From Deltaproteobacteria bacterium (lineage in GTDB: Bacteria; Myxococcota; JACRCW01), in the NCBI GenBank assembly GCA_016218805.1, contig JACRCW010000042.1, positions 1 through 64,000 of the forward strand: a DNA stretch of 64,000 bases, given 5' to 3'. Numbering within the stretch: the first letter of the stretch is position 1; every line of letters begins with the position of its first letter. The position numbers were made by a program, and so were the translations under genes. This document shows positions 1 through 8,438 of the stretch, piece after piece. A model generated the notes under the pieces. It searched no databases. It saw nothing but the letters and a program-made list of their open reading frames with translations, and was not told the origin of the DNA.

Positions 1-474
1 CGTGCGGAGTTGCCGCGCCCTTCCGGTCGAGGCTACCGGCGCTGCGCCTCACGCAGACGCCAACTCCGCACGACCGTTTGTGTCACGTTTTCAGCCGCGT
101 GTGAGTCACGCGGCCGACCGCCGATCCGCATCACGTGGGCGTCGGGTCGGCAAACGGTGGCGGGGGGAGGGCTGGGGTGGGGGGACCGCCGTTGACCGTG
201 TGGCACACACCCGGGTTTCCCTTGGCACGCGCCCATGAGACATCCCGCCGCTGATCTTCGCACGGACAGGCACCCACAAAGCCCGGGCTCGGCAGAAGCC
301 TTGCCCTCCCAGCGTTGTCGTCGTTGATGGAGTCCCACCATCCGCCTGGCGAGCCCGCGGCAGCGCGTGGGTCGTGCGGGGATCGCGCCCGAGATTCGTC
401 GTCACTCCTGCTGGGGACACCGCGGTTGATGTCGTTACAACACGCGACTACGAGGTCCGCGGGAGCAGCCCATC

Positions 475-1830
475 ATGACGGATGCCATCACCAGCGCGTT
501 GAAAGGCACGCCGTACCTCGTCGAACCAGGGGTCGCGCAAGGCATCCACGGGCGGCTTGCGGCGTTGGATGAGCGCATCGGGCTCCTGCGGGCGCGGGGC
601 ACCCTCACGCCGGACACGCTGCGCCGGTACTACGGACAGACGCGCTTCCAGCAGGTGGCGGAGTCCAACGCCATTGAAGGCAGCACGTTGAGTCCAGGAG
701 AGACGGAGCTCGCCATTGTGAAGGGCGTGACGCTGATATCCGGGCATGATCCCAAGTATGTCCGGGATGCGCATGCGCTGGATTCCGCGCTGCGGAAGAT
801 CGTTGACATGGCGGGTCAGCCCGGTCCCACCTCGCGCTATGACACCCATGACCTTCACCAATTGATCATGGGTGGTGGAGCGGAGCAACGCTCGTTCCGG
901 CGTGTCCCGGTCCGGCTCACCGGTTCCGTGCATGTGCCGCCCCCGGACTTTGACGCCGTCGTCAGGCAGATGGACGAATGGGGGGCATGGTCCGGGGACC
1001 ATGCGGCCGCTCACTGGATGATACGCGCGGCGGTCCTCCATGCATGGTTTGTCCATATCCATCCCTTTGAGGACGGCAACGGTCGGACGGCGCGGGCCCT
1101 TGCAAATCTCGAAGTGATCCGGTCGGGAGCCCCGCCATTGATCATCAGGAAGGTGCAGGACAAGGACCGCTACCTGGATGCGCTATCGCGGAGCGACGCG
1201 GGGGATTTGGGGCCGTTCCTTGACCTGTTGTTGGAGCGGGAAGAGGCGGCGCTCGCCGGGTTGGAAGGCGCCGCGCGGGAGGTAGAGGGCTATGACGTCA
1301 ACGCCGAGCGAATTCGGCGGCATCAGGCGGCTCGCCTCCAGGTCTGGAACAGCGCGATCCAGTTGTTGCAGTCGATGATCGCGGAACAGTTCGGGCGCCT
1401 GACGGTTTCCTCAGGGGGCGACTTTGACGTTCGCCCGTACGCGCGGGAGCTCTCGCTGGATGAGTACCTGCAGCTCTGCACTGGGCACGCGGTTTCCAGG
1501 ACCTGGGCATTCGAGATTCGGGCGCGTGCGCCCGCACTGGGGGAACGGTCGTATCTGGCGTGGATGGGCTACCGCAGTACGCAGGTTCAGGGCCTGCACG
1601 ACAAGGTGGCAGGCCATGGGCCCAGCCTGCTGTGGTCCCGGCCAAACACCGGGGGGTTCCCTCCGTGGACGGCCGTCACCGAGACAGACGCCCTTGGCCT
1701 CCAGGAGTGCACCATTGAGGCGGGCAACGGTGACCGTTGGTACGTTCGTCGAGGCACCGAGTTGCGGGTCCTTTCCACGTATGACCTGGCGCGTACAATC
1801 GTCGACGGGGTTGTGGCTGCGCTCGCATGA
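475..1830 (+). CDS. Fic family protein (class II, AMPylase-type) with uncharacterised C-terminal domain
   Basis: Canonical Fic motif HPFEDGNGRTAR; N-terminal inhibitory motif SNAIEG ((S/T)xxxE(G/N)); GGGAG upstream of ATG; 451 aa. Confidence 0.93.
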   Translation: MTDAITSALKGTPYLVEPGVAQGIHGRLAALDERIGLLRARGTLTPDTLRRYYGQTRFQQVAESNAIEGSTLSPGETELAIVKGVTLISGHDPKYVRDAHALDSALRKIVDMAGQPGPTSRYDTHDLHQLIMGGGAEQRSFRRVPVRLTGSVHVPPPDFDAVVRQMDEWGAWSGDHAAAHWMIRAAVLHAWFVHIHPFEDGNGRTARALANLEVIRSGAPPLIIRKVQDKDRYLDALSRSDAGDLGPFLDLLLEREEAALAGLEGAAREVEGYDVNAERIRRHQAARLQVWNSAIQLLQSMIAEQFGRLTVSSGGDFDVRPYARELSLDEYLQLCTGHAVSRTWAFEIRARAPALGERSYLAWMGYRSTQVQGLHDKVAGHGPSLLWSRPNTGGFPPWTAVTETDALGLQECTIEAGNGDRWYVRRGTELRVLSTYDLARTIVDGVVAALA

Positions 1831-1921
1831 CCCGGTGATGCGGGCTCGGATGGTTCCGCGCTTGGTTCGTTGGTTTCTTTGGTTCGCACCCATTTCACCC
1901 GGCGCGCCCAACAACGTTTGC

Positions 1922-2968
1922 TCAGGCTCGGATCCGGCGCCCCGTCACCACCCACGCCAGCAGCGCGCCGCACAACGCCCCGGCCAGTCCGCCGTTGAGC
2001 GGGGAGCGTCCGTCCGTCTTCACCGGCAACTCCTCCAGGGCGGGCTCCACCACCTCCGCCAGCATGCGGTCGCGCTCCGCCCGCTGCGCCGCGGGCACCT
2101 TCCACAATGACAACCGGTCCCGCAGCGCCACCGCCAACGCGCGCTCCGGCGCCAGCACGCGCGTCCGCACCGTGTTGGTGAACGCGCGCAGCGCCTCTTC
2201 TGACCGCGACCATGCGTGCACAATCACCGTTGCGTTGAGCGGGATGGCATGCACTTCCACGTCCATCCCCGCGGTGAAAGGCGCGCTTTCCACGCGCCGC
2301 CCCGCGTCCCGCGTCCGCTCGTAACGGTCCGCGGACAGGGGCTCCCACGGGAGGCGCGGGCGCTGCACCACCCGCAGCACCAGGACCTGCTCGTGCCCGC
2401 GCCCGTAGGCAAACGCCGCGGCCACGCCCACCACCGCCCCGGCCAGCCCGCACACCGCCATCCACACCGCCGCCCTGCCCCGCCCCGGGGGGGGCACGCG
2501 CGCCAGCCCCAGCACCAGCAGTGCAATCCCCAGCAATGCGGCCGCCGCGGCGGCCAGCAGCAGCGCGCGCGGCGCTGGGGCGCGCACCACGCGTGGGGGG
2601 TCCAGCACGGCCAGCGGTTCCTGGAACGGCGGGAATCCCGCCACCGCGTCCAGGGGGCATTCCTCGTCCGGTGGGCACGGGGCGGGGGCGGGAAGCGGGT
2701 GGTCCAGCGGCGCGGGAAAGGCCGCCATGGGCAGGGCCACGCCACCGGGCGCCCGAACCTCCACGGCGCCGGGCGACAACAACGTGACCACGTGCGGCGC
2801 GGGAAAGGCGGCGCGCAGCTCCTCCACGGTGAACGCGGCGGTGTCACCCCGGTGGCCGGGAGACAGCAGCGCCACGGATTGCAGCGGGGTGCCCGCCCAT
2901 GTGGGCAGGAGCGCCCCGCCGGCCAGCAACACCGTGCCGGCCAGGACGGGGAGCCAGGGCCGGGACAA
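1922..2968 (-). CDS. Hypothetical membrane protein, C-terminal half weakly Wzz/YveK-like
   Basis: 348-aa ORF 3 bp downstream of the acyl-CoA ligase; about 4 hydrophobic segments; C-terminal P..LNGGLAGALCGALLAWVV helix. Confidence 0.6.
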   Translation of the reverse strand: MSRPWLPVLAGTVLLAGGALLPTWAGTPLQSVALLSPGHRGDTAAFTVEELRAAFPAPHVVTLLSPGAVEVRAPGGVALPMAAFPAPLDHPLPAPAPCPPDEECPLDAVAGFPPFQEPLAVLDPPRVVRAPAPRALLLAAAAAALLGIALLVLGLARVPPPGRGRAAVWMAVCGLAGAVVGVAAAFAYGRGHEQVLVLRVVQRPRLPWEPLSADRYERTRDAGRRVESAPFTAGMDVEVHAIPLNATVIVHAWSRSEEALRAFTNTVRTRVLAPERALAVALRDRLSLWKVPAAQRAERDRMLAEVVEPALEELPVKTDGRSPLNGGLAGALCGALLAWVVTGRRIRA

Positions 2969-2971
2969 GAC

Positions 2972-4789
2972 TCAGTCAGCGCCGGCGACGGCGCCCACGT
3001 AGAACGTGTCCAGCAGCGCCTTGTACTTCTTCTCCACCGCCTTGCGCTTGAGCTTCTGGGACGGGGTGAGGTCGCCGTCGGCCTCGTTGAGATCCTTCTC
3101 CAGCAGCGCAAACTTCTTCACGGTGGAATAGCTGGGGAGCTCCTTGTTGAGCGTGTCCACAAACCCCTGGAACAGCGCAATGACCTTGGGGTTCTTGCTC
3201 ATCTCCGCGTACGTCCCGGACACACCGTTGGTGCCGGCCCACTTGCGCAGGCTCTCCTCGTCAAACGCAATGAGCGCGCTGACAAAGTTCCGGTTGTCCC
3301 CGTGCACCACCAGCTGGCTGGCGTACGGGCACAGTGACTTGAAGCGCGACTCCAGCGCACCGGGGGCCACGTACTTGCCGCCGGAGGTCTTGATCAGGTC
3401 CTTCTTGCGATCGGTAATCTTCAGGCGGCCCATCTCGTCCAGCTCGCCAATGTCACCGGTGTGCAGCCAGCCGTCCTTGTCTAGCGTCTCCGCCGTCTCG
3501 GTGGGCAGGTTGTGGTAGCCGCGCATGATGCCGCGGCCGCGCATGAGGATCTCGCCGTCCTCGGCAATCTTCACTTCCAGGCCCTTGACCGGCAGCCCCA
3601 CCGTCCCAAACTTCACCGAATCCGGCCGGTTCACAAAGCTGAACGCGCTGGTTTCCGTGAGTCCGTAGCCTTCATAGATGGGGATGCCCGCGGCGTGGAA
3701 CCACTCGGCAATCTGCTTGGACAGCGGCGCGCTGCCGGACACAAACAGCTTGAGGTTCCCGCCAAACCGCGCGTGCAGCTTGGAGAACACCAGCTTGTGG
3801 GCAATGGAGTTCTGCAGGGCCAGCAGCGCGCCCGGCTCGCGCTTTTCCTGCTTGAGGCGGCTGACCTCGTGGCCCACGCCAAACGCCCACTGGAAGATGC
3901 TCCACTTGAGGCCGCCGGCCTCCTGCGTCTGCTGGATCACCTTGTTGTAGACCTTCTCAAAGATGCGCGGCACGGCCGGCACAAACGTGGGCTTCACCAC
4001 GCCCAGGTTCTCCACAATCTTGTCCACGCGCCCGTCCACGGCGGCGGACCAGCCCACGCGCAGCTGCCCGGCTTCCAGCACCTTGCCAAAGCTGTGCGCC
4101 AGCGGCAGCCACAGGTACTCCACGTCGTCAATGTGCAGCAGGTCCAGCGCCTCCATGCCCTCGGCCTCGTAGACCCAGCAGTCGTGCGTGAGCTCCACGC
4201 CCTTGGGCTTGCCGGTGGTGCCGGAGGTGTAGATCAGCGTGCACAGCTGGTCGGGCCGGACCGCCTTGGCAATCTCCTCCAGCTTGCCCGGGTTGGCCTT
4301 GCTCCAGGCGCGCCCGTCATCCAGGAACTGGGACCAGGACATCACCCAGCCGTCCTCCGTGCCCTTGCCGTCAATGACCACCACCTTCTTGACCGCGGGC
4401 ATCTCGGCGCGCTTGGACTGCAGCTTCTTCACCTGCCCGTCGTTCTCGGCAATCACCAGTACGGTGTTGGAATCCGTGATGATGTACGCGCACTCGTCCT
4501 CCTTGGAGGACGGGTAGATCGTCGTGGTGGCCAGGCCGGCGCAGGAGATCGCCAGATCGGCAATGATCCACTCGTAGCGCGTGCTGCACAGGATGCTGAC
4601 GCGCTGCTCGTCCGTGAGGCCCAGCGAACGCAACGCGCCCGCGGCCGCAAGCGTGAGTTCCCCGGTCTGTTTCCACGTCAGCGCCTTCCACGTGGCGCCG
4701 TCCGGGTACGTGAAGGCCTGCCGGTCCGGCGTGGCTTGGATGCGGTGCAGGAACATCTCGGCGACGGACTTGAAATTCGCTCCACTCAT
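2972..4789 (-). CDS. Long-chain fatty acid-CoA ligase (AMP-dependent synthetase, FadD15/FAA1-like)
   Basis: YTSGTTGKPKG P-loop, YEGYGLTET, GWLHTGDIG, DRKKDLIKTSGGKYVAP; start MSGANF with GGAGG RBS. Confidence 0.95.
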   Translation of the reverse strand: MSGANFKSVAEMFLHRIQATPDRQAFTYPDGATWKALTWKQTGELTLAAAGALRSLGLTDEQRVSILCSTRYEWIIADLAISCAGLATTTIYPSSKEDECAYIITDSNTVLVIAENDGQVKKLQSKRAEMPAVKKVVVIDGKGTEDGWVMSWSQFLDDGRAWSKANPGKLEEIAKAVRPDQLCTLIYTSGTTGKPKGVELTHDCWVYEAEGMEALDLLHIDDVEYLWLPLAHSFGKVLEAGQLRVGWSAAVDGRVDKIVENLGVVKPTFVPAVPRIFEKVYNKVIQQTQEAGGLKWSIFQWAFGVGHEVSRLKQEKREPGALLALQNSIAHKLVFSKLHARFGGNLKLFVSGSAPLSKQIAEWFHAAGIPIYEGYGLTETSAFSFVNRPDSVKFGTVGLPVKGLEVKIAEDGEILMRGRGIMRGYHNLPTETAETLDKDGWLHTGDIGELDEMGRLKITDRKKDLIKTSGGKYVAPGALESRFKSLCPYASQLVVHGDNRNFVSALIAFDEESLRKWAGTNGVSGTYAEMSKNPKVIALFQGFVDTLNKELPSYSTVKKFALLEKDLNEADGDLTPSQKLKRKAVEKKYKALLDTFYVGAVAGAD

Positions 4790-5094
4790 GGACCCACCTC
4801 CCTGCGGCTTGGCGGCCGACCCCGATCGGGGGTGCCCTCCATAGGACGGCGGGCACGGTCCCGACAACGCCTGCGCCTCACGGGGTGCGGCCGCGACGGG
4901 GCGTGCCCCCCGCTTCTCCCGCGAGCGCGGACACACACCATGGGCTGCCGACGACACCGTGACCGGACGGAGGCGGGTGGCGGGAGTCAGCCGCCATGGG
5001 TCATGCGCCGGGTAGAAGCCGGGGGGCTTGGTAAGGGGAGGACGCGGTCAAAAACCAGCCGTCCCCGGCGGGTGACACCCGTTTCCCCACAAAA

Positions 5095-5115
5095 GTGTCT
5101 CACTACATGAGACAC
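5095..5115. promoter_or_regulatory. Perfect palindrome GTGTCTCA-CTACA-TGAGACAC, candidate repressor operator
   Basis: 8-bp inverted repeat with 5-nt spacer in an AT-richer patch of the divergent intergenic region upstream of the acyl-CoA ligase. Confidence 0.4.
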
Positions 5116-5399
5116 CCCCCCCGTGCCGGATGGGGCTGGCCTGTGCGGGCGCGTTCGCATCTGTTGTCGGCGGGTGCAGCGCGGCACGTCCCATTGCCTC
5201 CCATTGCCCGCGGCAACGGAACCGGTCGACTCGTGGCGGGCGGCACCGGGGGCTCCCGCCGGCGCCGCGCTCCTCTTCCAAGCCCAACCCGACTCATGTC
5301 GCCGCGCGACCGATTCTCCGGGTTGTTGCCCACGACCCTGCTGCAGCACACCCGCCGCACGCGTTGCCGGGCGCACCCCGCCTGCTACGGTCACGCAGC

Positions 5400-5594
5400 A
5401 TGGGCAGCACCTGTGACATCTGCGGCGGCTCCGGCCGCACCACCCTGTGCCCGTCATGCGGGGGGGACGGCCTCATTGGCCTCCCGGACTGCTACGAACG
5501 CCGCTGCGACGACTGCGAGGGCAAGGGGCGCGTGGCGGAGCACGCCTGCCGTGCGTGCCAGCCACCGGCCGACGTGGCCGGCCGTCCGCGCTGA
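5400..5594 (+). CDS. Small DnaJ-type (CxxCxGxG) zinc-finger protein, 64 aa
   Basis: CDICGGSG, CPSCGGDG, CDDCEGKG and CRAC motifs. Confidence 0.75.
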   Translation: MGSTCDICGGSGRTTLCPSCGGDGLIGLPDCYERRCDDCEGKGRVAEHACRACQPPADVAGRPR

Positions 5595-5689
5595 CGCGCC
5601 GGGGTGTGGCATCGGTCGGATGACGCCGTGCGGAGCGTGAAGCCGCGTTGACCGCCCCACGTGGGACGCTGGTAGCGTGCCGCCCGTCC

Positions 5690-7534
5690 ATGGGTCCCCT
5701 GGCCATCCTGCTCTGCCTTGCCGCGGCCCCCACCGCGGAACGCCTGTTTTCTGAGCTGGACGTGGGCCTGCCAGGGCGCGGTGCCACGGCGGTGGCGCTG
5801 TCTCCGGTAGATGACCGGGTGCTGCTGGTGGCGGTGGACGGGATGCTGTTCCGCTCCGGAGACGGCGGCGAAACGTTTGACCTGGTGCTGCGCCCGGGGC
5901 GCCGCCAGGAGGCCGCGGGGTCTGACGCGCTGCTGGCGGCGGAGGACGCGGCGGATGAGTCGTTTGAAGACGGGACGGCATCCGCGGACGACGTCACCCC
6001 GGACGAATTCCAGCCGGACCTGGACCCGGACGAGGTGGACAGCGCGCTGCAGGGCCTGCAGGAGGATCTGCAGGAGCGCCTGGAGGCGGACCGGACCGCC
6101 ACGCCGGAGGGCGCGCTCCCGGAGGGTGACACCGCGGCGGCCACCGCGGAACCGCGCCTGCCAATTCCGCAGCAGCTGCCGGGCATCCGGCGCATCCGCT
6201 TCATTGGCCCGGACGTGGTCATGGTGGCCAGCCACCGCGGGCTGTTCCGCAGCGTGGACACGGGCAACACGTTTGAGCCGCTGGACCTCCCGCGTGACCC
6301 GCGCATCCGCAACGTGCGGGACGTGGCGGCGGCGCCGTTTGTCCCCACCTTCCTGGTGGCCGTGACGGCGGGGGGCACGCTGCAGTCCCGGGACGGCGGG
6401 GTGTCCTGGCTGCCCGCGCCGGGCACGGCGGGGCGGACCTCCGGGCTGTCGGTGGCGGTGGGCCCGGGCGAAAAGCCGGTGGTGGCGGTGGGCACGCCGC
6501 ACGGCCTGCTGCGCAGCACGGACATGGGGCTGACCTATGAGCCGGTGGCCCTCCCCGGAGAAGGCAGCAAAGCAGTGACGTCGCTGGCCATGGACGCGGA
6601 CGCGGAGCGGCTGTACGCGGTGACCCCCACGCTGCTGTTTGCCGGCGGTCTGTCCGCGCGGCTGCTGGCCCCGGTGGGCGCCACCTGGCGCAACGGGCTG
6701 GTGGTGGTCCACGCGGAGCCGGGCCGCGCCAATGAGCTGTGGGGCGGTGGCCGGCCGGGGGTGTTCACGTCATCAGACGGCGGCCGCTCCGCGGATGAGG
6801 TGGGCCCGGAGAGCATGGTCCGCGACGTGGTGGACATTGCCGTGGGGAGCCGGGACAAGGCGCTGGTGGCGGTGGCCACCGCGGCGGGCGCGCTGCTGTT
6901 TGTGAAGCTGGAGAAGGCGCGCACGGGCATCAAGCCGCTGGAGGCGTTCCAGTTGCTGGTGGGCCAGGAGCCCACCCCGGCGGAGGTGGCCGAATGGGCG
7001 GTGCAGCACCACCGCATGGACCACCGCTACACGGCGGCCATGCTGACCCGCTCCCGGCTGGCGTGGCTGGCCCCCGCGGTGCGGCTCACCGTGGTGCCGC
7101 CGGGCGTGGGCAACTACGGCACCACGGGCACGGGCACGCTGGCGGACGCCCGGCGCACGCAGTCCCAGCGCCAGATGCGTGACGAGGCGTACGTGTACGG
7201 CCTGCTGCAGTGGGACCTGCCCAACCTGGGCATGCGCCCGGAGGAGGTCCGGGTGTTCGCGGAGCACAAGCGGCTGGTGGACGCCCGGGAGCGCGTGTGG
7301 CGCAAGACGCTGCGCGTGTACGAGGAGCGCCGGCGCCTGCAGGCGGATATGATTGTGCGGTCCAGCCGCAACGCGGTGACGCTGGCGCGCAAGCGCCTCA
7401 AGCTGGAGCGGCTGACGTCGTTGCTGGACGCGCTCACCGGCGGGCGGTTCACGCTGGAGGCGCGGCGGCGCGGGGCGCCGGGGGACGGGGTGAGCATCAG
7501 CGCGCCGGCAGGCGCGGGGCATGGGAAGCACTGA
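5690..7534 (+). CDS. Exported BNR/Asp-box beta-propeller protein with acidic insert and C-terminal single TolC/OEP-like repeat
   Basis: Signal-like N-terminus (MGPLAILLCLAAA); Asp-box repeats RSGDGGETF, RSVDTGNTF, QSRDGGVSW, RSTDMGLTY, TSSDGGRS; C-terminal domain paralogous to that of the next gene. Confidence 0.8.
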   Translation: MGPLAILLCLAAAPTAERLFSELDVGLPGRGATAVALSPVDDRVLLVAVDGMLFRSGDGGETFDLVLRPGRRQEAAGSDALLAAEDAADESFEDGTASADDVTPDEFQPDLDPDEVDSALQGLQEDLQERLEADRTATPEGALPEGDTAAATAEPRLPIPQQLPGIRRIRFIGPDVVMVASHRGLFRSVDTGNTFEPLDLPRDPRIRNVRDVAAAPFVPTFLVAVTAGGTLQSRDGGVSWLPAPGTAGRTSGLSVAVGPGEKPVVAVGTPHGLLRSTDMGLTYEPVALPGEGSKAVTSLAMDADAERLYAVTPTLLFAGGLSARLLAPVGATWRNGLVVVHAEPGRANELWGGGRPGVFTSSDGGRSADEVGPESMVRDVVDIAVGSRDKALVAVATAAGALLFVKLEKARTGIKPLEAFQLLVGQEPTPAEVAEWAVQHHRMDHRYTAAMLTRSRLAWLAPAVRLTVVPPGVGNYGTTGTGTLADARRTQSQRQMRDEAYVYGLLQWDLPNLGMRPEEVRVFAEHKRLVDARERVWRKTLRVYEERRRLQADMIVRSSRNAVTLARKRLKLERLTSLLDALTGGRFTLEARRRGAPGDGVSISAPAGAGHGKH

Positions 7535-7559
7535 ACGGCAGGTGGAAGGAGGCGGTGGC

Positions 7560-8438
7560 ATGGGCAGGGTGACGGGACGGGCTGGCGCGGTGGCGGCGTT
7601 GTGGCTGGCGGCGGGACTGGTGCTGGCGGCGCCCATGGACGTGAACACGGCCCCGGCCGGGGACCTGGCCACGCTGGACGGCGTCACGGAGGAGCTGGCC
7701 AACAACATTGTGCGGGACCGCGAGGAGAACGGCGCGTTCACCGCCGCCGACGACCTGCGCCGCGTCCCCGGCATGACCGCGGACATCCTCAACCGCATCA
7801 AGGGGCGGCTGGCATTTGGCGCGGGCGGCCCGGCGGGGAACGGCGGCAAGAACAAGCAGGACGCGGAGGTGCAGCGCATCCTCAAGAAGTTTGCCCGCGA
7901 GCCCACCGTCCAGGAGACGCAGAACGCCGCCCTCAGCCACGCGCGCGCGGACCCGTCCATCATTGACAGCTGGCGCATCCGCTCCCGCGTGCGCGGCCTG
8001 GCGCCTGAGTTCCGCGTGGGCGCGGTCTACACGCCGCAGCGTGACTACCTGTGGTTCCGGCAGGCCGGCACGGTGGACTACCTGCCGCCGCTCTCCGACG
8101 AGCGCGGCACCACGCAGCGCGATTCGTGGCAGAACCAGGGGCAGGTGGCGGCCCAGATGACCTGGCAGCTGGACCGGCTCATCTTTGACCCGGAGGAGCC
8201 GCGCGTGAACCGCGAGGCCTGGCGCCTCTCCAAGCTGATGGACAGCGTCCTGGATGACGTCACCCGGCGCTATTTTGAACGCCGCCGCCTGCAGGTGGAA
8301 CTGGAGTTGTCCCCGCCCACGGACGTGCAGGACCGCATCCGCAAGGAAATCCGCCTGCAGGAGCTGACGGCGGACCTGGACGGCATGACGGGCGGCTTCT
8401 TCAGCGCTGAGCTCAAGCGGCGCGGGCAGGCACGCTGA
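7560..8438 (+). CDS. ComEA-like helix-hairpin-helix protein fused to a single TolC/OEP-like repeat
   Basis: Signal peptide; MDVNTA..DLATLDGVTEELANNIVRDREENGAFTAADDLRRVPGM matches the ComEA/HHH_3 pattern; GGAGG RBS before ATG 7560. Confidence 0.85.
   Translation: MGRVTGRAGAVAALWLAAGLVLAAPMDVNTAPAGDLATLDGVTEELANNIVRDREENGAFTAADDLRRVPGMTADILNRIKGRLAFGAGGPAGNGGKNKQDAEVQRILKKFAREPTVQETQNAALSHARADPSIIDSWRIRSRVRGLAPEFRVGAVYTPQRDYLWFRQAGTVDYLPPLSDERGTTQRDSWQNQGQVAAQMTWQLDRLIFDPEEPRVNREAWRLSKLMDSVLDDVTRRYFERRRLQVELELSPPTDVQDRIRKEIRLQELTADLDGMTGGFFSAELKRRGQAR

Noticed and set aside
1851..1890. Four TGGTT repeats after the Fic gene as a binding-site array or att site
   Set aside because: Short and irregularly spaced; no matching copy upstream and no integrase
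2972..4957. 661-aa extended start for the acyl-CoA ligase, and similar extended starts for hutH, argD, lgt, DHH and TPR genes
   Set aside because: The extensions are low-complexity; internal ATGs match family N-termini and several have a clear RBS
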